49,313 nucleotides of DNA from Nanobdellota archaeon (GTDB taxonomy: Archaea; Nanobdellota; Nanobdellia; Woesearchaeales; JBHPGL01), in assembly GCA_042570655.1 (NCBI GenBank), contig JBHPGL010000001.1, positions 1 through 49,313 on the forward strand, read 5' to 3'. Positions 42,301 to 49,313 of this stretch are shown here, piece after piece. Position 1 is the stretch's first letter, and each line of letters starts with the position of its first letter. The notes under the pieces are model-generated. The model did no database searches. It was not told the DNA's origin and saw only the letters and a list, made by a program, of their open reading frames with translations. The translations under genes were made by a program, and so were the position numbers.

Positions 42301-44905
42301 CATCTGTTGGCTGGTAAATTTTATTTTCTTCAATTAGGTTATTTGTTTGAGAAGAACAAGTTATTCTAAAACCTTCCAAATTAAATCCACTAATAGTATT
42401 ATTATAATAAATATTATTACTTCCAACTGTTATAATACCTGAATTTCCTCCTTCAATAAGATTATGTGCAATATAATTTCCATTTTTATTTGTATCAGCT
42501 GCAGGACTAATACCTAAACCACCGCTTGAACTATAAATCTTATTATATATAATAGTGTTGTTATCATTATAATGTCTTAGTGCAATTCCTCTCACAGCAT
42601 TTATAATTGTGTTACCTTCATATGTATTATTGTAAGGATTGTTTGGATTAAAATTTCCATAACTAAATATACCATTATTTGAATAACCTGTAGTAATATT
42701 AATAATGTTATTTCTAATTATATTGTGTCTTGTTGCTCCACCAGTTTGAATTACTCCAAAATCAGAAAGTGATTGATCTTTTGACATTCCATAAAAATAA
42801 TTATTTTCAATTAAGTTATATGATGGAGCACCCATATAAAGTGCATAATTTTGAGCTACAGGAAGGAATGTATTATCATGAATGTAGGAATTTATACCCC
42901 TAGCTGAGATTCTAAAAGTGACATCACAATTTCTTACTTCTGTATTAGCAATACCTGTTGAAATATCAACATGATATAATGAATTACCTTGACAATCAAT
43001 TGTAATATCATCTGCACTTACTGTACAAGTACCTGTTATATCACTTGTTAAGATATATGATTCGCCTGCAGTTGTTAAATCTCCGCAAGAGAATAATGTA
43101 ACTGGACAACCATTTCCTGGATATACTGCTATATTTGTATCATCACAATCGCCGCCGCCATTTGGACAAGTAGGAGGGTTGCCGGCAAATCCCATGTTTT
43201 CGTCACAATAATCATCTCCATCATCATCGCAACCTTCATCAATTCCGCCTACACAATTATTATCTATTCCATCACAAATTTCTGTTTGACCTGGATAAAC
43301 TTGATCATTACCATCGTCACAATCTGTTGGTGAAGTGAATCCATCTGAATCACAATCAGAACCTTCATCAATATCTCCATCACAATTATCATCTATATAA
43401 TTACATGCAATTTCTGATGCTGCAGGATTAACTGCTGCAATTGTATCGTCACAGTCTCCTCCTGCAATTGTACAACATTGTGTTGCTGTTTCAGAACATG
43501 AATAAGAAGCTGCACGGGTAAATGAAGCATCACAATAATCATCTTGATCATCATCGCACCTATCTAAAGTCATTGCAGGATAGTTTAAGAATGTATTATC
43601 CCCTGTTGCTGGATTAAGATCATAATAACCACTTGGAGCTGTTGGATTTCCATTATCACAATCTGAATCTATTCCGTCACCGCATGTTTCTGGTGCTCCT
43701 GGATAGATATTTGGATTCGCATCATCACAATCTTCAGCTATACCATCTGGTTCAGTAGGACCAAAAACACAACCAGATCCTGCAGATACTAGATCGTTAT
43801 CATTATCTTTACAAGGACCGTCATGTACATAATCAATTTCTGCACTTCCAATAACTTTAATATCAAAAACATCTGTTGGGGAATCTAAACCTTCAATATT
43901 AATATAAACTTTATCATAATCATTTGAACTTACCTGAACAGTTCCAACTAAAGAAGATGTTCCTTGTTTGTAAACTTCTAATATTGCAGAACCTTTAATA
44001 TTAATATCTATAATATAGTCATTATCTAAAACTTCTTCAAAAGTTGCTCTAATATATTGACCATTGTTAACAACTTGTGATAAACCATCATTTTGAACAC
44101 TTAACTCATCAAAAACATTTGCAATTAAAGAATAATCTGAATTTAAATATTCAGCATTTATAATCTTAATATCAACTTCAGCATAACCAGGATCGCCTGG
44201 TGTTAATGTAAAAGTATAATCTTGACCTTCAACTATATCTTGTAATTTTACCCAGTTACCATTACATGTTTCAGTATCATAATCCCATTCTGCACATTTC
44301 ATTAATACATCTCCTTGCGCAGTTGCAGTAACTGTAGCAGTTGTGAAATCAACCTGCGGGTTGATTGCGTAAACATTATTAAATCCATCTTCTTGGACTC
44401 TTTGATCTAATTCAACAAAATCTTCAATGTTAGAAACAACGTCAACATCATTAAATTCTATTGACTTAACTTTATGTTGTTTTGGATTAACTTTAACCTT
44501 ATGTTTTCCAGGAGCAACATTTGCATTATGAGTTTTTCCAGAACCAGAATAAGTAGCTCCATCATTAATTAATAAATCAGAATCAATTAATTGGCCGTCA
44601 TGATTTTTTGCGGCACCATTAATGTCAACCGTACCTTGTGCAGTAACTTGACCGCTAATTGCTGATCCTCCACTAACAATATTATTTGAATCTGAATCGA
44701 TTGCTGTATTTAATAAGGATATCATTTTATTTGCTAAGCCACTCAAGAAACTATTTGAGTTATCTTGGCTATCGGGGGACATAGCTGACGCTAGACCTAT
44801 GTTACTTACTGATAAGAGGACGATGGTAATTAGTGTGAATAAATTTTGGAAAACCACACTTGCACTTGATTTTAAATTTTTCTTTTGTCCTCTTTTTTTA
44901 TACAT
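12344..44905 (-). CDS. giant secreted mosaic surface protein, 10,853 aa (putative adhesin / glycan-binding fibre)
   Basis: A single open frame of 32,562 nt. GGAGGT lies 8 nt upstream of the ATG at 44905. The N-terminal signal or anchor is [27 protein letters not shown]. The protein shows coherent domain-like sequence throughout, and every other track ORF in this span is a short low-complexity shadow. I saw no C-terminal TM segment and no protease-type motif (HExxH or GDSGG). Confidence 0.9.
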   Translation of the reverse strand: MYKKRGQKKNLKSSASVVFQNLFTLITIVLLSVSNIGLASAMSPDSQDNSNSFLSGLANKMISLLNTAIDSDSNNIVSGGSAISGQVTAQGTVDINGAAKNHDGQLIDSDLLINDGATYSGSGKTHNANVAPGKHKVKVNPKQHKVKSIEFNDVDVVSNIEDFVELDQRVQEDGFNNVYAINPQVDFTTATVTATAQGDVLMKCAEWDYDTETCNGNWVKLQDIVEGQDYTFTLTPGDPGYAEVDIKIINAEYLNSDYSLIANVFDELSVQNDGLSQVVNNGQYIRATFEEVLDNDYIIDINIKGSAILEVYKQGTSSLVGTVQVSSNDYDKVYINIEGLDSPTDVFDIKVIGSAEIDYVHDGPCKDNDNDLVSAGSGCVFGPTEPDGIAEDCDDANPNIYPGAPETCGDGIDSDCDNGNPTAPSGYYDLNPATGDNTFLNYPAMTLDRCDDDQDDYCDASFTRAASYSCSETATQCCTIAGGDCDDTIAAVNPAASEIACNYIDDNCDGDIDEGSDCDSDGFTSPTDCDDGNDQVYPGQTEICDGIDNNCVGGIDEGCDDDGDDYCDENMGFAGNPPTCPNGGGDCDDTNIAVYPGNGCPVTLFSCGDLTTAGESYILTSDITGTCTVSADDITIDCQGNSLYHVDISTGIANTEVRNCDVTFRISARGINSYIHDNTFLPVAQNYALYMGAPSYNLIENNYFYGMSKDQSLSDFGVIQTGGATRHNIIRNNIINITTGYSNNGIFSYGNFNPNNPYNNTYEGNTIINAVRGIALRHYNDNNTIIYNKIYSSSGGLGISPAADTNKNGNYIAHNLIEGGNSGIITVGSNNIYYNNTISGFNLEGFRITCSSQTNNLIEENKIYQPTDEGTISKAYIIQAYGDCSTFGDIINNNLYDHANIDWLVYNENPTDVNFSHNYWGTTTGNDILPKIYDSETDPSKGTVYIEPVYDSQYPGGSLVALTGVTCVDGDVDGYNITGGPCGPVDCNDGDNTIYPGAPDAACNNIDNDCDGPADEDYVSDTACYLPGVCTAGNTGSTCVAGVETACSPGTPTETPETSCTDTLDNDCDSTSDCSDSNCDLDPNCLDSDSDGIVDINDNCVDDPNPNQRDSDGSYIHSDVPVAGKKYGIVVSNLDYVYITDYDNDWITRTNLGGSSAITFGNGLFTSIGKIAVSPSGNYVYAVDAATCKVIIFDANGNYDSEFGSCGSADNQFSPAGITTDSLGNVIILDSANLAVKKFSSTGTFISKWNFNVGLKLGEIPDYKDIELDSDDNVYILDGGSSKVHVFDSTGTFITRWDVVGDNPGTLGMLNADDMLKDMAIDDVGNVYIALGNTNQALDAGVNKIFVFTKTGAFIEKFGEEGNLQWGSNQDKLTGPIGIAVDSNGRKVYVTNWRVYYDQYYGVDAVSIFVRAAGDGVGDACDQCPSSLNNDQDGDGYCGGPGYNSMMKLGDNDCNDNAGAVNPGAAEICGNVFDDNCNGLIDEGCNNLVDCTLIDQPGTYTVSADIQGKRSCMTIAADNVVLDCQDNNIYLSYRSGYGGSYNDPASNDVGIDINDDVDYVTIKNCDISGFYRGIYVRSDPADRYITDIQIINNSFLTFTPSYYTQNSGYNGIYMLKGANGNSIISGNDFDSYIGIDLYIIAEISDNIFNDHPTSLGNTGIMLRGYHSVMYPDNTVAQILRNDFITQQRSIYTLTQTPRANISQNNFDWTVLPPGPRYHIDNQDPAIYGNQLTAENNYWGITDCATIDSYIRYITVISREPFLHLPYPGGVSIDCTPQCVDSDGDGDTISTNGAACGIDDCDDTDPLIGSGSAEICDGLDNDCDGSVDEDSVCVGCTDVDNDNYYVEGGSCGPIDCNDALVNINPGKPERCDGSNYDDNCDGSVNEGCDDDGDDYCDGSMEYLGSVPECPLGAFDCNDINANIYPTNGNAFCDCDAGDGSSIGIPEVYCDTFDNNCDGSVDEGSLCPGPITTCGKLGGTGIYTLQNDVNAIQCFEVYADDAVLDCQGHTITAALTGEGGGIQTISNSGTTVKNCIIDGFRENIQMGQDDHYIYNNTIKNAADKGIIASSSNNNLFELNKIFDNGNGTHGQHAGIYLIFSTGNEIIQNDIYQNSPEGILINTGDAEVHLNNIYDNTYLGVTQNIHETLSGQIDAEYNYWGLTTEPEIDATTTGSIDFIPFLGATYTEASDADNDGYPGTTDCNDADPNINPTATDYCGDGIDQDCDGSDSIPGVDCLNINSCTHIIQDNIDIFLTANIDWDSPDLISQCIILEGVDLTLDCQDYKIEEINHVTPEGVGILSYGKERTSNRIELANNAIRNCHLKGLDIGIELNGDRNTVIENNLLEDNNVGLALSGAGNIIDVVPNIVQNNQILNSLVTNIELTLSNGYLIQNNYIYNATKWGIEMFNAINNSIISNTMIDNGVPYGSSVGRQISLSGSRDNIIEYNNITATGTTPASWAPSAGIYLLSTSTGNTIQYNQIYHHNGNIFNAQADNIVAENNYFNIEHCTGPFSIENELRENPGLIDYEPYLGHDLLPMTCADACGNGIQDPGEECDDSNQISGDGCSDLCIIEFCSDGTIQAGIGEECDDGNLINEDGCSSTCKDEVCGDSIIQGGLGEVCELGDSQGCTTGGYPGSQTCNPTCDGWNACVPTESCGDGTTNGPETCDDGNNIDCDGCKGDCTRLDNVCGDTTTECAETCDDGNTIAEDGCSATCLIEECSDGIIQGGLFEQCDDSNLISGDGCSNVCDCDAGLLDCDFNPATGCDVDSNTDVNNCGGCASIDQPQGTDITDATFTGTTPTNLDYQYKIKSANGKFLGVIKNNGGAALFVDQDSLGALEDLYISLAADDQDVIYNDASLDITFFDGASDNVVVELPSKTVSMGAKLQVSSVDDIIAPTGNKPSCGDYQYLFKSGATTLAALEPDYSGMGQCFSGGDYVSHSPRGYDCSGTCTQVTIDGQVMCFVVISAAAADDLQIVYEAGSSCQFNEVSFGLVYNGASSTGIDAEAEYLEGAGQKSKTVSVTGKTQGYYDVEYTISRGAGATTYTRETNDVPTGVVCSLNHATAGCAAGSCTISSCDFGWTDENTNPADGCEQELPDSDFDGHYDPYDNCPNDANNLQEDDDTDGVGNVCDLCPGSSGDGCSATASQDVILTTGGSISQGTAPQQVDLTFDNGDLEYDSQIGVEYNGGGSTFMIGPDQFTTIDEYTFTPEDLAFAQPVEVILYYDFPTIQPADIDVFYYNDVSLEWELWVESAVDKGTDGQLKFTTTHFSTYGAAMIDEPCTDDSECNIGLFCDMGAGGYCKPCSGSPNYEATETTCDDGIDNDCSGYTDNNDIVCIGDAVADCGFGNYLHDDNTIYYLDSDISTTEYCLDIYAENSVLDCQGHTISGDGGNNDAALLVYGDNFTIQNCVIDNFGKGIMINTVNGANINNNVINVKRAHGISLSANSGNIRGNHIVEDNVINFVGTSAYVDVGIWYSYIINSQIQNNEINNFYKGMELYDGVDNNLIRGNTINSNHANADGIYFRSSSNNIIDYNNLIGLNRGIALYENLGISSSDNIISYNNLHSNGYMNLFNGQPADVNARSNWWGTTDLLIIEPKIFDNNDDIAYGVVDIANLLSSSAPAPACANDNDCDGINALVDNCIYVANSGQADTDSDGIGNACDNDDDDDTVPDTTDNCPVDSNVGQTDTDTDGVGDVCDLCAGSSGNNCAGDASQVSIPTAGGSITQGTAPQQVDINFDNGDLAAETDIGIQYTPGSGSFASGTTSITVEDEYTFSPEGITFEQPVTVVMHYDPVANPNPAVLYYDTSIPGWVEWLETPITIDDIAGTLTFETTHFSVFGLGTPSSGRALWVKDVNVAAGTNANAIANGCASWKIYLRNDDLGAVQYGYFYHAGMAGIVYADDPAPLTLPTGEGPLRLKFSDANAGCWLQNVNINLDYFDPNNNGATASINVGDTPTLGAGNDADTYVDYDGTIHNFRIPESCVDGILNQDEEDIDCGGDICPACITELDSDHDGICDGTGSLNGGVNIIYEYGLSSWNDAGFSLINPPNTPIDIPIPDLPATNLDGKDYEDGIFLFKYTYASASHGAFYNVETGLTTKLPIPGGATNVDARDIDGDYILYTYMDGVTRTAAVYDIQSGTYEVLPLFGGGVSIVKDSIENGYVVYDHLGGLVLYEIATNTGLNIPHPVGFTNPGITIAPIDGDIIAFKEANKIGYFDISSGLSYDITPAGKTNINLPKGAVKNGIIVYETQTDLGYYDINSGTHVEILPPAGYQMYYAPYPNYPISDDKIAMNFVHTATFNNVIAVYDLITEELTVLTPVGDYEEVYGDNVIEGDLIAHYYDTGSDSFAAFTNLINGQRTIISSPSGHWAYLQGTDPIDGKYITYEHIPITLTDGRSVLYDIKAGGDAIEVEIPAGADRSTTAAMESLNCIPGPDICDGDCDNIVQKPVDKDLGGSVSTGINAGNAKVEIPANALSVDKPIAIEKSPGVGSISIGTETYSLVKEFSFTPDGINFLSPVTITLMYDPISNPNPKVLYYNEATPAWEEWTDTPVTVDPVAGTMTFTTTHFSEYAEGELVPSCTDSFQNQDETDVDCGGLICGQCSQGQSCIINNDCTTNICTNDVCQAPSLDNDGDGINDVDDNCPTIANPGQEDSDRIISGSEISLTPSMLGNDGLGDFNAANLIDGDTNTNGFNTDQTLRGKYLQLDLGAGNEQALIQWDYYFGTGDLGGATWEIKYSDDGSNWHVAATNFVVTTEGWHTITWNDVGAHRYWRTVQIAAPESGVHHTEMKVYVSSQKVELAPSMIGHDGLGDWIAANLLDGDINTYGFNTDQALRGKYLQLDFGAGNEQALIKWDYHFGPGDAGGATWEIKYSDDGSNWHVAATNFIVTTEGWHSITWNDVGAHRYWRTVQIAAPEGGVYHTEMRVYASTIKVELAPSMIGHDGLGDWNAANLLDGDIGTYGFHTDQALIGKFLQLDLGAGNEQPLIKWEYNFGPGDAGGATWEIKYSDDGSNWFVAYSGLVVSTEGWHSASWSSVGSHRYWRTVQIATPEGGVYHTEMRVSTSTSTVISNGDGIGDACDSCVLDINLNNDADVDGIDDICDLCPGTNGIDCTPTISQLLIPASGGTITQGTASTQVEITYNTGDLLYDTTIGIENIGSGSNFQIGSNSGTTISEYTFLPEGIVFNGPVEVTMYYDQAAHQNPALLNILYFNGIDWVEWKDSSVDKSVPGQITFTTTHFSDYGLGEEDPSPLCGMIISQNTVLTGNVAGCSGTALIINTSDVTLDCGGYAVQGIDSGDYRPASLFIGPVYSEGMFNGEPDPQNVVVQNCAFVNTQSPGGHIVSTHVKNIEFRNNIFDATVSASIALNTAGQAYHNYIIDGNHFKAGLETQAMETNYQLGNIEITNNIFDIHTEIGEPLGGNVTISYNDFNNGVSLKYTEESGFGTNHIYINNNNFNRNANNAQFSVDIRDHLYNPIQPDEFENNYFESNSPAPGGNYPDLTNPNGDILRTCLGIESQKIHDSDDFGSTSDTNLDIANLPSIRYNSDKYNPTSNGPCGPTTSTSGICGDATIEGQEKCDDIYNCASDCSCYLSVHDFHDSNITNGYQVTNYDADMCCTRTGVMNPGNNQALCTWTTSVDRLLDSTGGTLQTHESIVIIPPTALSTPTLIEVNEIPAGSIGSYSNGNDIVELLPHGQSFTGSVTVRIRCENANCAGETLSYSPDGIIWEDVTETADIWHYQNGPSASQNWDYWEIQVNTFSYLQNAPLQCNNDQVCDAWESVSDCAYDCLGVCGDAICNQQYWDPGQTENSNNCLVDCPTCPDGSCAEGEACGMDCSSEQYCQDGVDNDQDTNTDCDDSDCDGHPACQPVTCPDQYCAITEVCAEDCTAETYCSDGFDNDEDTYTDCDDTDCSMDPSCQCGNTLCEYYEECSTDCQTETHCNDGADNDQDTYTDCDDTDCDSDPSCIQGQCATDQDCPEHSYCNTAGNYECVYNGESRCSDSVDNDGDGPADCYDTDCASTQVCVQSTCPDGSCDYGEECADDCTPETWCGDGTDNDQDGQTDCDDSDCASDLDCIVCQSDANCPEYAYCNVNNICIDDSFNRCQDQTDNDQDTFTDCNDDDCSPFPICSQPTCPDGSCDSGEECQQDCDPEPHCDDGVDNDEDTFTDCDDSDCDTDGACITCPNGFCESGEECAADCVAGEGYCDDGADNDEDTFTDCDDSDCDSSPYCTSTCPDGVCEMFESCQQDCGNEDYCDDGVDNDEDTLTDCVDTDCAYYSMCCIQDGFCSYDNDPASCCNGVGYWDGCYRCGQEPATCPNGDCAYGEECSQDCASETYCDDGADNDQDTFTDCDDTDCDGNPACEPSCWDNDGDTYQDENCGGTDCDDNNNQINPGVQESCDWMDNNCNGITDEYPACDSDGDNYCSRTISRDCYNFQDQPNCENNNCFWMGSYCTDNPCNQYGDQPSCDNDPVCYSMDYCTATWNEHCSNYGDETNCNNQNPRCFWNGDGMGGGSCSEEPQYCWGLDEQNCNNDQYCIYESGPAECFPDYSQTCSNINDQGPCENVGCYWNYYEPENPINGWCSSSVDDCPGYNDLGLCNQDPDCGQTQGCFDVCGGLERALCYQNSDCWFDEQSYNCMLKSDEPLCVFDCDDNDFFTNPGAQEICDDQGKDNDCDYQADCSDDDCDSDPACSNCGNFNCEWQEECQQDCTPEAYCNDGTDNDEDGATDCDDPDCGGDPLCQQGYCEDNDGDGYGLCPNCDISSGCAYDGHDCDGSNFNINPGAQEVCGNGINDDCDDQTDEDPCYCPDSDGDGIDDCTENDEGTDPYDADSDGDGVCDGDQTVYDQGGSSCNGDNDCSPGEYCDWDQQTMTGVCTSGGSGGPSSPSCEGMTFAPNGGNCNDINDPGQCDGSFGFATGDQRYVPCSWEGGIECGFSYNPGDGDHSTSCIFYGNNCDGNGWNGCQGSCQGDYSDSDCGSGGCIEDGCSNDPNGYDCCCGSEPMGGCGPYNLHCNGGCQGGGGDMPGCSAFCPDQFCCENFLNSPCYWSGMNCEENIEGCHTLNADFICNDMTGGNCEWDYGSNSCGESGGGDEMPPCSAFCSDQSCCENDMNSPCYWDGSCQESIEGCHTLNADYICNGMTDGYCNWDYGSNSCGESGGSGGDMPPCSAFCSDQSCCENDMNSPCYWDGSCQESIEGCHTINADYICNGMTDGNCNWDYGSNSCQENSGGDCTNLGEYCDQTNECCDSDDAPIECLGNVCDCVCDVTPAICDQVAQNADYEMTVYTDPSYPGLIVVDPTSGDILDIDEGVPTKIPGVDGTTDWKLYLYDLDPCAANIGFGGQATLYVDTNMEQNIVPMLDGAGCVTGIPGLVFANNGGIPNNYVATQYDLSSMPSLNYNPGQSLADCACDQVCDSGSGGGTRVVAFDAVPQLSWSLSISGFATMGGYQSGEMCTEDNDCDVGLYCDQNILECAGCNFGTPGYYESPEISCSDGQDNDCDGYIDATDGDCAPTCQNDYECPESEICEMGQCDSCNIGTGYCTVDEDCCSRICDHNTNSCLPDPRTCIPVGACNIPSQDTDGCCSQNSNPSESCDVYSECQANSPGACSFLESGEDCEFGRYPNGGCASGYGCNNHPNCGSAQTRGELISSVIDSGVNEHEWNSMGSGGDYDPQNDKIIKYYARTSNDGVSWGQWDGPYYIGEDYPNSLTGRYIQYKLVYIMGQNCDWAELSYIFIADSGNGFQQLEWTEQSNDVATLADTGTWNKYTYLFELQYTSGNLYLVGAGAQQSSCGDGNCEGSENGYECPQDCCHSGDGNCPPGCDNHGDSDCGGQGDPYCEASESDRDECPDTPEGTEVDGVGCSGDDEDGDGVPEAIDNCPLDYNPDQADSDAFAACTNRGIPTISQGLIYEPELVYDYGNDAYRMTVAYVDYNGETYDFSGDGDPRHNVLDVTNIEGDEGIEIITDYDLILDPSQNNPRYGVDGTENLDLMIVEIDAGFMTLKATFYAIDPDAFLDAIADKAGEGSFEYEIYRDVFIANGPGQNYTYVSPFDDGAICENQDPETTCELHDQCKIFSVSDGYGDACDLCPDNFNAAPEPFTQITTMPLTSAIDFNSGIFDVQRSAGQMLDADHYLWYLPVPNDDYCGNKQDVVDLGYASCDQVPEQDCDNAYEWNQNDNQFNTCEWDGDNTQCYNNGNGCSFDDEYQQIIASSMGWRVLDGTFLPPITGDWDQSEGLEFAMTPGNDGPPEFPGCEDAEEDDYYTFDEFMFMQTCGRNGDSCTDGSTCCSGDCQGNQCTEFEGGNDMPPGLFFDLGSEQFCVRSEADPNLKWEIRNIDFTNNVATFDAYQYSEVGQADSDALTSCQIPDVDTLIEDFNDLDYMDSLSGGQIDPSLNADLSNGYLQISGTAQAGGFPLVLLLDSSIRDFTQNFIFQADISVDSQGPMPGLIISDGLGDGARPIIIELVADYGGSPAVLVIDGFGDFGPNVVCDQSLATASGTVAILQTNGELHFLIDGNEICSFELPYDYGIVGLIDFGEYQNSIVTIDNFIYDLPPIVGPCYSHGDEETCAADNCMWATLTDGYGDECDNCPSIYNPGTPGFFVQMLPGDLDVGVDINGLFSGQIPSDELLKSEGYYLRDNPDAVLWFVEVPGGDAPIDCSQRNNFQDCGSIGNNEGLCEDSYFLYTDHCGNQDSAEYPCEWDSDDQQCRDQCDECVYEQLPPPTAPGLTASNTIDFLLDMGLNVIGDFNESLGVEFAFNLALMGDWNGDGPVPQMYFSCDDPNVDANFFTQYMYDDLQGQDYDGPVYPVGLLTDISALGMPGGFSPTCMRLVDDPDQKWEVSNMRKDNGRLLFDMKAWIPPGPQPDQDEDDIGDSCDNCVSIWNPGQEDEDGDGLGDVCDTTEPVVIVPGEPSDPQCLTVIPPEMDVDYDNDGIINAEDICVEDASNWCIDSKGQRNIPSGESRLMRTGANRVRAQIPAGTFADDTNVLLEEIFPNDVIGSSVVVRAASLDIKDSQCEDLDCSSGMFVQVKYPNGFLPSEVYTYVLDSETEIWSPYPADCENNWCNFTVSDCNDHYAVATACYVLNTSQKIPFGTGQYYTDHITEPTVLCPGTYYLPEDTSVIVDSELYCSGSKIIGNYDTDSFILGYDEAPETDLIKMFGCHIFQSDTAIKSYENGQENPQIVLYYNFIANFTTAGIYYGPDSNDNDIRTIYLNNKKGVKGYDPSILDNAGTAIILDDSSGNFIYSGKYNFISTLIDATNSYDNYIKFTSTSYVDSLGGPLINSEINRMQAFKVNEGINMVNGTIYSTNLLNIQDYWYSSPETGSIIRHPQGLPNFWGNYNPPFSDASDFDPFASRYELDAFYMQNQHKNDQAKCRYYQGKYLYCWSTFHTSWVYDNQGVDVANGYAYVTESYSFPYGIPMSAVYSIGPENQHTPDRNVLVYLKTKNQEGTEPVMFWFNVTSGQWQEITYYCDADQGVCAAKNWRWTGKFVVSDMTDYPDDDDDGIPEPPDNCATDPNPNQIDTDLDGLGDVCDDCPNEAGPLFNGGCPELTCEDNDEDGYGAAGTDVSSCPIPDLEDCDDTNANINPGADEVCNLIDDNCNILVDENDQTAPTTSDNALSDWQGSSVSVTLTATDPIESCGPITTYYCVDQLDTCLPSDMYTGPVPISQEGINYIRYYSVDNSGYVPGGNAELTKSAIVKIDLSEPQQSTLSVTDPTGLWSTSGNISLSWIAVQDLPLPDNSGLSHYELWRKATADSAAGITESYTQQNGDLSALSIVDTGLFTDTEYCYQLRAYDNLEHYSISNEICKKVDTEQPGVSIIAPNAGQMFTTQSIYVEADYGNTYEVNCQARYDNAPWQEMAGDGLVSGTATATLTIPEGYHNLSVQCWDLAGLTSFDTVQILVDITPPVTTITVDGTFEDVPYDDWYYSPALVSLSATDAVSEIDVIKYCVDQAGTCVPNEIYDGQFDMSTFGVYYVRYHSIDIAGNVETIKSEIIKVDIDNDLDDYYSNFDCDDNNADINPGELDAICNGIDNDCDGIIDDEYEPSVTHCGLGFCANTGLLECINGQLIDNCDELPPITVYYDNDEDDFGNLTNTQIVCELPPGYLIVDDDCNDYDPLENPDAFDICSTDHLPINKNCNPFDDYELDCDDFCGDIDGDSYVTDEEWASWDETRSIICPWIIDGGECNDYNPNINPAAVEICNNVDDDCDGVIDEGCSGTLKEDVLDILKTLTTSDDKARKELDYSIKELTLSLGNRVLGGDDKIYWYDSVHLHCKHGHKVFDDEKKAVYHLEKINDPALVPLLAPLIEDIVEADRLIALTAINEAPDGSDKDKATEKFNKAESETENKKKIDGYKKAWKYLNKNKNCEDITLTSCISEISVEGPSGIPLSAVGDLVSNTVTSFIDPITNETLTLDTSCGTCIDVGDQNHGWTITSITEDGRLSNYCYSHDESCLDSVTVLSPNGETVSRNARDKDTIFTDSYGSSVKIHTECNECLFDNYQKEGWTVIDIIDTSGLMEAKCIEKDGNCIDSLTMQSPLGETITVNPIKSDTEFWDSQGNYVKIHTSCSRCLYDGFMTNGWTINNVIENEEGKLVAKCASTSDESCLDTITVRSPTGQELTATAILKDTSFTDNQGNSESIHTECNDCLFENFYDNGWVVTELADPTGEMASKCFEKDTNCIDSLSVRSPAGELITIDPIKSDTELADSQGNYVKIHTSCSKCLAEGQLIDGWEITNVVEDGSGELVTKCAIDNGCACHGGVTQLNLEYNGLNTNLTIYEGKDARAEKVLYSGSVTTGQQISFTGIRSDNTMSSEISAWYDDVLAIKIHTSCSQPIYPELTMGDFTVISGTSKDAGELC
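12347..13830 (-). repeat. giant protein: C-terminal array of about 6 ~75-aa units carrying the IHT[SE]C motif, organised as a 152-aa A-B super-repeat
   Basis: A units have KIHTSCS[RK]CL and B units have [KS]IHTECN[ED]CLF. The phase marker TATGGAT at 12772 and 13228 gives an exact 456-nt super-period. The protein ends ...[33 protein letters not shown] with no hydrophobic anchor. Confidence 0.75.
13830..14280 (-). other. giant protein: the only clearly alpha-helical, K/E-rich, Cys-poor segment
   Basis: Contains [34 protein letters not shown]...[19 protein letters not shown]...[26 protein letters not shown]. Confidence 0.5.
14930..16100 (-). other. giant protein: Ig-like / FN3-like domain run
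   Basis: The FN3-like segment is [27 protein letters not shown]...[16 protein letters not shown]. It is flanked by Ig-like units such as [24 protein letters not shown]...[11 protein letters not shown] and [20 protein letters not shown]...[12 protein letters not shown]. Confidence 0.55.
16900..17610 (-). other. giant protein: beta-helix module 7 (divergent)
   Basis: Cap [15 protein letters not shown] ... end [13 protein letters not shown]. Confidence 0.5.
18340..19195 (-). repeat. giant protein: unknown ~285-aa module, copy B
   Basis: Starts [15 protein letters not shown]... and contains [40 protein letters not shown] and LLFDMK. These are collinear with copy A. Confidence 0.6.
19275..19830 (-). 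other. giant protein: LamG / concanavalin-like domain (tentative)
   Basis: Contains [26 protein letters not shown]...FIFQADISV...GLIISDG...[13 protein letters not shown]...VTIDNFIYD. Confidence 0.45.
19850..20700 (-). repeat. giant protein: unknown ~285-aa module, copy A
   Basis: Starts [15 protein letters not shown]... and contains [40 protein letters not shown] and ATFDAY. It is a paralogue of copy B. Confidence 0.6.
23270..23890 (-). repeat. giant protein: three tandem ~70-aa Cys-rich repeats; the two distal copies are nearly identical at DNA level
   Basis: Phase-equivalent points are at 23270, 23480 and 23687 (periods of 210 and 207 nt). Copies 23270..23479 and 23480..23686 differ by 4 substitutions plus a small linker indel. 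The protein unit is [37 protein letters not shown][LI][12 protein letters not shown][YN][10 protein letters not shown]. Confidence 0.85.
24990..25630 (-). repeat. giant protein: irregular Cys/Trp knot-like repeats (C...C.n...C[FY]W), about 6 units
   Basis: Examples are [42 protein letters not shown] and [17 protein letters not shown]. Confidence 0.5.
25790..27560 (-). repeat. giant protein: array of about 10 tandem ~50-aa, 8-Cys modules (unassigned family)
   Basis: Consensus is TCPDGSC..GEEC..DC..E.yC.DG.DND.DT.TDCDD.DC...P.C. An example is [48 protein letters not shown]. Two variant units ([13 protein letters not shown]..., [13 protein letters not shown]...) are interspersed. Confidence 0.75.
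28400..29160 (-). other. giant protein: beta-helix module 6
   Basis: Cap [15 protein letters not shown] ... end [11 protein letters not shown]. Confidence 0.6.
29720..30935 (-). repeat. giant protein: three tandem 135-aa discoidin / F5-F8-type-C-like domains (exact 405-nt period)
   Basis: The phase marker TCATTTCTGT recurs at 29731, 30136 and 30541. The protein copies share AANL[IL]DGD..T.GF.TDQ.L.GK[YF]LQLD[LF]GAGNEQ.LI.W[DE][21 protein letters not shown]...[18 protein letters not shown][KR]V. Confidence 0.75.
31650..32720 (-). other. giant protein: second propeller-like repeat region (unassigned family)
   Basis: A roughly 45-aa periodicity with ...G..I.Y....g.....vYDi.tG....l. Examples are [56 protein letters not shown] and [27 protein letters not shown]. 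Confidence 0.5.
34070..34895 (-). other. giant protein: beta-helix module 5
   Basis: Cap [15 protein letters not shown] ... end [19 protein letters not shown]. Confidence 0.65.
36570..37290 (-). repeat. giant protein: Myxococcus-type Cys-rich repeats (C-x-DG-...-E-x-CDDGN-...-DGCS-x-C), about 6 copies
   Basis: Examples are [56 protein letters not shown] and [29 protein letters not shown]. Confidence 0.7.
37330..38215 (-). other. giant protein: beta-helix module 4
   Basis: Cap [15 protein letters not shown] ... end [20 protein letters not shown]. Confidence 0.65.
38340..39010 (-). other. giant protein: beta-helix module 3
   Basis: Cap [15 protein letters not shown] ... end [15 protein letters not shown]. 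Confidence 0.65.
39600..40440 (-). other. giant protein: beta-helix module 2
   Basis: Cap [15 protein letters not shown] ... end [17 protein letters not shown]. Confidence 0.65.
40680..41570 (-). other. giant protein: NHL-repeat beta-propeller
   Basis: About six repeats of the type GNVYI.D..N..V.VF...G.F...W. Examples are [47 protein letters not shown] and [23 protein letters not shown]. Confidence 0.7.
42040..43100 (-). other. giant protein: beta-helix (NosD/CASH-like) module 1
   Basis: Starts with the cap [15 protein letters not shown], continues with N/I/G-rich PbH1-like repeats, and ends with the cap [18 protein letters not shown]. Confidence 0.7.
44783..44905 (-). other. giant protein: N-terminal signal peptide or signal anchor
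   Basis: A basic N-terminus ([12 protein letters not shown]) is followed by a roughly 24-aa hydrophobic stretch ending in ASA. Confidence 0.7.
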
Positions 44906-44974
44906 TAAAATCTACCTCCGATTATAATTTTAATTTTATGAATAGAATGAATTCTAATATTTTTAAATTTTACA

Positions 44975-45199
44975 ATTTCCTCTTTATGCCCTTGGGGTAA
45001 ATGCATTCCTCAATTCCCTCTTTTTTAAATTTAATCCCAAGAAATTTATTTTAAAATTTTACATATCAATATTTCCCTCAAAATAATGATAAAGTCAATA
45101 AATTTCCCTCGATAATATTACTTTTTCCAGTTCCCCATAGGACTTTGTGTTAGAAACGTAAACCAGTATATTATTGTGTACAAAGCCCTAACTTTCCTC
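44975..45199 (+). promoter_or_regulatory. cluster of six same-orientation ATT[TC]CC(C)TC motifs between the giant gene and alaS
   Basis: Motif starts are at 44975, 45005, 45013, 45071, 45102 and 45193. Two copies sit in longer direct repeats: TCAATATTTCCCTCAAAATAAT (45066..) and TCAATAAATTTCCCTCGATAATAT (45095..). Confidence 0.35.
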
Positions 45200-45282
45200 A
45201 GTAATATATAAATATCATAATTATTGTTTATCATTTAAATACTTTTCGGTTTTGACTTTTTTCAATAATTTGCATTAACCAT

Positions 45283-45298
45283 AAACATTATATATAAA
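45283..45298 (+). promoter_or_regulatory. alaS promoter (BRE/TATA-like AAACATTATATATAAA)
   Basis: The TATA box starts at 45288, 31 nt before the ATG. There is no SD upstream, so the mRNA is probably leaderless. Confidence 0.5.
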
Positions 45299-45318
45299 TA
45301 ATAAAACTTTTCATAGAT

Positions 45319-47901
45319 ATGAAGTCAGATAAAGAAATCAAGAAAGAATTTAAAGTTAAGGCAAGTAAAGATCCAGATAAATATTATCCGACTGAAGTTT
45401 TAAAGAAAGAAGGGTTTTCAAGAAAACAATGTAAAGGTTGCAACTTATTTTTTTGGACAACTACAGACGATGAAGTTTGTGGAGATTCAACTTGTTCAGG
45501 AGGATTTAGATTTTTTGATAATAATCCTTGTAAAGAAAAGTTAAGTTATTTGGAAGTTTGGAAGAAATTCTCGTCGATGTTTAAAAAATTAGGTTATACT
45601 CCAATTAAAAGATATCCTATAGTTGCAAGGTGGAGGGCTGACATGGATTTTGTAATTGCAAGCATTACAGATTTTCAACCTTACGTGGTTAGCGGTGAAG
45701 TTGATCCGCCGGCAAATCCATTAGTTGTTCCGCAATTTTGTTTAAGGTTCGTCGACATAGATAATGTTGGAATTACTGGAAGTCATAACACTTGTTTCAA
45801 TATGATTGGTCAGCATACTTTTGTTCCGCCGGAAAAATGGGATCAAGGAAAAGTTTTTTCTGACATAAAAAAATGGCTAAACGATGGAATGGGTCTTGAT
45901 GATTCTGAAATAAAATTTCATGAAGATGCTTGGGCAGGTGGCGGCAATTTTGGACCATGCATGGAATTTTTTAGTCGAGGAGTTGAAATTGGCAATCAAG
46001 TTTATATGTTATATGAACAAACTAATGAAGGTGTAAAAGAATTAAAATTAAAAGTTTTAGATATGGGAATGGGAATGGAACGTTGTGCTTGGTTTAGTCA
46101 AGGCACACCAACTATTTATGATGCTACATTTCCTGAGATTGTTAAAAAATTAAAAAGTGCGACAAAGGTAGAGTATAATAAAGATCTTATGAAAAAGTAT
46201 GTTCCTTTTTCTGGAATGTTAAATATCGACGAGGTTGAAGATATTGATAAAGCTTGGGAGATTGTTGCAAAAAAAGTAGGAACTAGCGTTGAACAATTAA
46301 AAGATGAAGTTTTGCCAATGGCTGCAATCTATTCTATTGCAGAACATGCTCGTGGATTATTGATTGCATTAAGTGATGGAGCTTTACCTTCAAATGTTGG
46401 TGGCGGATATAATCTTAGAATTTTAGTTCGGAGAATATTTTCTTTCATTGATAAATTTGAATGGGACATTTATCTTCCTGATGTATGCAGATGGCATGCA
46501 GAAGATTTGAAAAAAGTATTTCCTGAACTAATGGAAAATCTCGACGAAGTTGAAAAAATATTAAACGTTGAAAAAAATAAATATGAAAATACTAAACAAA
46601 AATCTAAAAAGATTGTTGAAAAAATTATTAAGGAAGATGTTGATACTAAAAAACTTTTAGAGTTGTATGACAGTCATGGAATTGCGCCTGAAATAATTTC
46701 TGAAGAAGCAAAAAAATTGGGCAAGATAATTAAAGTTCCTGATAATTTTTTTATGTTAGTTACAGAAATGCACGAGAAAAAAGAACAAGTGCATGCTACT
46801 AAAAAAGAAGTTGAAATTGATGTTGAAGGGATGAATGAAACTAAGGCAATGTATTTTGATGATTGGAAAAAACTTAAATTTGATGCAGCTGTTTTGAAAG
46901 TTGAAGATGATTATTTAATTCTTGACAAAACTTCATTTTATCCTACTTCAGGAGGACAGTTGCATGATGTTGGTAAGATCGATGATGTAAATGTTGTTGA
47001 AGTTATAAAATCTGGAAATGTTATTTTACATAAAGTTGAAGATGCAAGTAAGTTTAAACTAGGACAAAATATTAAGGGAGAAGTAGATCTTGATAGAAGG
47101 AAACAATTAGCACAGCACCATACTGCCACTCATATTATTAATGCAGCTGCAAGAAAAGTTTTAGGAAAACATATTAATCAAGCAGGTGCAAAGAAAACTG
47201 AAGAAAAAGCTCACATTGATTTAACTCATTTTGAAACTTTAACAGAGGATGAAATTGTAAATATCGAGAAGGAAGCTAACAAAATGGTTAAGCAAGGAAT
47301 TGAGGTTAAGAAAGAATTTTTATCGAGAAATGAAGCTGAGAAAAAATTCGGAATGACAATTTATCAGGGTGGCGCCGTAGCAGGAAAAATTATTAGAATT
47401 GTAGAGATCCCTGAAATTGATGTAGAATGTTGTGGAGGAACACATCTTAACAACACAAAAGAAGTTGAAGATATAGAAATAATAAAATCTACAAAAATTT
47501 CTGATAGTATTGTAAGATTAGAGTTTGCAGCAGGGAAGGCTGCTTCAAAAGAAAAAATGAGAGAAGAAGGCATTCTAAAAGAGACAGCTAAAATATTAAA
47601 TGTTTCTGCGGAGGAAGTTCCTATTAGAGCAGAAGAATTATTCAATGAATGGAAAAAGATGAGAAAAATAGTTAGAAAAATAAATAAACCAGATATAATA
47701 CTTAAATTAAAGAGTGGAGAAATAAGATTAATTGAGATTAAAAATCTTCCGAGAGGGAAAATCAAAGGAGATTATACAGCATTATTAGCGAAAACAGCTA
47801 CAATTTTTAATACTCAAATTGAACATGTTCCTAAAACAGCTATTCGTTTCTTAAGAGATTTAGAAAAATTTCATAAACAAATAGAGAAAAGCCTAACTTA
47901 A
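45319..47901 (+). CDS. alaS: alanine--tRNA ligase, archaeal type
   Basis: The N-terminus has FSRKQCKGCNLFFWT...CGDSTC and RYPIVARWRADMDFVIASITDFQPYVVSGEVDPPANPLV, typical of archaeal AlaRS. Editing-domain metal ligands HHTATH and CCGGTH are present. Confidence 0.95.
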   Translation: MKSDKEIKKEFKVKASKDPDKYYPTEVLKKEGFSRKQCKGCNLFFWTTTDDEVCGDSTCSGGFRFFDNNPCKEKLSYLEVWKKFSSMFKKLGYTPIKRYPIVARWRADMDFVIASITDFQPYVVSGEVDPPANPLVVPQFCLRFVDIDNVGITGSHNTCFNMIGQHTFVPPEKWDQGKVFSDIKKWLNDGMGLDDSEIKFHEDAWAGGGNFGPCMEFFSRGVEIGNQVYMLYEQTNEGVKELKLKVLDMGMGMERCAWFSQGTPTIYDATFPEIVKKLKSATKVEYNKDLMKKYVPFSGMLNIDEVEDIDKAWEIVAKKVGTSVEQLKDEVLPMAAIYSIAEHARGLLIALSDGALPSNVGGGYNLRILVRRIFSFIDKFEWDIYLPDVCRWHAEDLKKVFPELMENLDEVEKILNVEKNKYENTKQKSKKIVEKIIKEDVDTKKLLELYDSHGIAPEIISEEAKKLGKIIKVPDNFFMLVTEMHEKKEQVHATKKEVEIDVEGMNETKAMYFDDWKKLKFDAAVLKVEDDYLILDKTSFYPTSGGQLHDVGKIDDVNVVEVIKSGNVILHKVEDASKFKLGQNIKGEVDLDRRKQLAQHHTATHIINAAARKVLGKHINQAGAKKTEEKAHIDLTHFETLTEDEIVNIEKEANKMVKQGIEVKKEFLSRNEAEKKFGMTIYQGGAVAGKIIRIVEIPEIDVECCGGTHLNNTKEVEDIEIIKSTKISDSIVRLEFAAGKAASKEKMREEGILKETAKILNVSAEEVPIRAEELFNEWKKMRKIVRKINKPDIILKLKSGEIRLIEIKNLPRGKIKGDYTALLAKTATIFNTQIEHVPKTAIRFLRDLEKFHKQIEKSLT

Positions 47902-49250
47902 TATTTTAGAACTTCTTTATCCCAAATTTCTACTCCTTTTCTTTTAGCTAAATTCTTTTGATGTTCTGTAAGTTTCTCTTTTGTTGCAAATATTGCTCTA
48001 TCTACGTCTAGAATTTCTTTTGAAAAAGCTAGCGAAGTTAAATATGGCACATATTTCTGATGTCTTACATTTCCATTTCTCTTGGTCATTTGTTCTTTAC
48101 ATTCAACAATAATTTTTTCTTTCCCATTACTTGCAAATATATCTGCTTCTAAATATTTTGTTGTCCTTAAAATAGCATTTTTATCAAGCAAACCTGCATT
48201 TAGAATTGTTGTATACCCTTGACCATTAAGAATATTACTAATTTTTGATTCAAAGTCATTACCACTGGTTGGTTTTTTATAAAGATATACAACTTCAGGG
48301 TATTTTTCTGCAAGAGCCCATCTTTTATCCTTGAACAAATCCCCAATTATCTTTTTGTTAGCGTCAAAGTGAATTAGTCTGATATCATCTTTTTGCAATT
48401 TTTTAAAGAAATGAGATAATTGTTGCAGTAGATAGCTTGAAATAATATTTTTTCTAAAATTTCTATGAATGGTATGCTTACTGACACCAGCTAAAACAGC
48501 AACTTGATCTATTGATAGGTTATAATTACTAATTATTTTTAGCATATCAGAAACAGTAACTTTATCTTTCAAACATTTTAAATCATTATTTGTAGTGCAA
48601 TTATTGAAATTATATACTTTGATCTTTATACGTTCTGCGTAATGTTTTAGTTCTTTAGGATCTATATTTATTATCAATTCAGCGTTTGAAAAACCATACG
48701 TTTTTTTCAAAAACCATATTTCTTCAATTGTCCTTCTTAAGAAACTAGTAACCCATCTACGAGGTTGATTTCTAAAAATCGTTTCCACTTCTTTAATTTC
48801 AATTAAAGTGGGTTTTGGTTTGAGTTTTATTATATCTAAGAAAGCATATTCTTCCAAATCTTCTGAATAAGTAACTGGATTTAACCATAGTTGATTATTT
48901 TTATTTAATTTCTCAAAAACAGTTTTTTCAAAATTATAACTTTTGTTCAAAGAAGTTTCGATATTAAAACCCACAACACAAGGACATTTTTCAGGTTTCC
49001 AATTTAAAAATTGATTTATTTTAAGAATAATAGAAGGTGATTCAAATGACCATTGAAGTTTTCCATCGAATGCTAATTTTATATTTTCTTCAGCTTCATT
49101 AACAATATCAGCATTAATATTGATTTTTTTTAAGATATCTAAATATTTATCTTCACTTATTTTTCTAATACTAGAGGATCCTAAAAGTTTTTGAATTTTA
49201 TTCAAATTAATATTGATTAAATCAGATAGATCTTTTTGGGTTAATTCCAT
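47898..49250 (-). CDS. HTH protein with a C-terminal Mrr-like (PD-(D/E)xK) restriction-endonuclease-fold domain
   Basis: The internal HTH is LSIDQVAVLAGVSKHTIHRNF and the N-terminus has an XRE-like LTQKDLSDLI. The C-terminus reads FESKISNILNGQGYTTI...LEADIFASNGKEKIIVECKEQ...AIFATKEKLTEHQKNLAKRKGVEIWDKEVL, which matches the Mrr_cat pattern (D...E-x-K). Its stop codon overlaps the alaS stop. Confidence 0.7.
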   Translation of the reverse strand: MELTQKDLSDLININLNKIQKLLGSSSIRKISEDKYLDILKKININADIVNEAEENIKLAFDGKLQWSFESPSIILKINQFLNWKPEKCPCVVGFNIETSLNKSYNFEKTVFEKLNKNNQLWLNPVTYSEDLEEYAFLDIIKLKPKPTLIEIKEVETIFRNQPRRWVTSFLRRTIEEIWFLKKTYGFSNAELIINIDPKELKHYAERIKIKVYNFNNCTTNNDLKCLKDKVTVSDMLKIISNYNLSIDQVAVLAGVSKHTIHRNFRKNIISSYLLQQLSHFFKKLQKDDIRLIHFDANKKIIGDLFKDKRWALAEKYPEVVYLYKKPTSGNDFESKISNILNGQGYTTILNAGLLDKNAILRTTKYLEADIFASNGKEKIIVECKEQMTKRNGNVRHQKYVPYLTSLAFSKEILDVDRAIFATKEKLTEHQKNLAKRKGVEIWDKEVLKY

Positions 49251-49313
49251 TTTTTCCCTTATATAAGATATAACTGAACCATAATAATCATTTAAAAGGT
49301 TCTCTTTTCTAGC

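Noticed and set aside
12344-44905. All other track ORFs within this span (e.g. 40267..40845 +, 26695..27267 -, 24577..24978 -, 25873..26268 +, 17802..18146 +, 31386..31799 +)
   Set aside because: They are shadow ORFs in alternative frames of a compositionally biased gene. They are short and low-complexity, rich in I/V/M/Q or H/L/N, and the giant frame explains the whole region.
46938-47765. Minus-strand ORFs 46938..47129 and 47364..47765
   Set aside because: They are antisense shadows inside alaS.
45319-47901. AlaRS possibly truncated or split: 860 aa, with a C-terminal ~140 aa that does not look like a canonical C-Ala/DHHA1 domain
   Set aside because: The catalytic, tRNA-recognition and editing motifs are all present in one frame. 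I cannot judge the C-terminal domain by eye, and a shorter C-terminus is plausible in a reduced genome.
1-49313. Mobile elements, prophage or integrative islands
   Set aside because: I saw no transposase, integrase, terminal inverted repeats, tRNA attachment site or abrupt compositional break.

Overview
A 49,313-nt, strongly AT-rich window that looks archaeal. The evidence is an archaeal-type AlaRS, a Methanococcales-like S-layer protein, BRE/TATA-like promoter boxes, oligo-T tracts after stop codons, and a mix of Shine-Dalgarno-led and apparently leaderless genes. A small-genome uncultivated (DPANN-like) archaeon is a plausible source, but that is inference.

I support about 12 protein genes:
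- a wHTH-nucleotidyltransferase/HEPN pair
- a SAM methyltransferase
- an S-layer protein
- a Nudix hydrolase
- an HD-GYP protein
- a 1033-aa membrane-anchored beta-helix/Cys-rich protein
- a 96-aa lipoprotein-like protein
- alaS
- an HTH plus Mrr-like nuclease protein
- two weak small or partial ORFs

The dominant feature is one uninterrupted 32,562-nt ORF (12344..44905, minus strand, 66% of the window). It encodes a 10,853-aa secreted, acidic protein rich in Cys, Asp, Asn and Gly. Its modules include:
- 7 beta-helix modules
- at least 15 MopE-like Cys repeats
- TSP3-like Ca-binding repeats
- an NHL propeller and a second propeller-like region
- 3 discoidin-like domains
- LamG-like and FN3/Ig-like domains
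- several module types I cannot assign to a known family, some in near-identical tandem copies

Together with the two co-directional downstream genes and the nearby S-layer gene, this forms a cell-surface gene cluster. It is the best candidate here for an undescribed system (host or substrate attachment).

Secondary points of interest are a promoter-equipped, helix-rich candidate ncRNA (about 6860..7172), repeated CU-rich motifs in two intergenic regions, tandem palindromic operator-like sites, an HD-GYP domain in an archaeal context, and a candidate nuclease defense gene whose stop codon overlaps that of alaS.

Limits: all family assignments come from motif recognition by eye, with no searches run. 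Domain boundaries inside the giant gene are approximate (about +/-30 nt). No rRNA, canonical tRNA, CRISPR array or transposase was seen.
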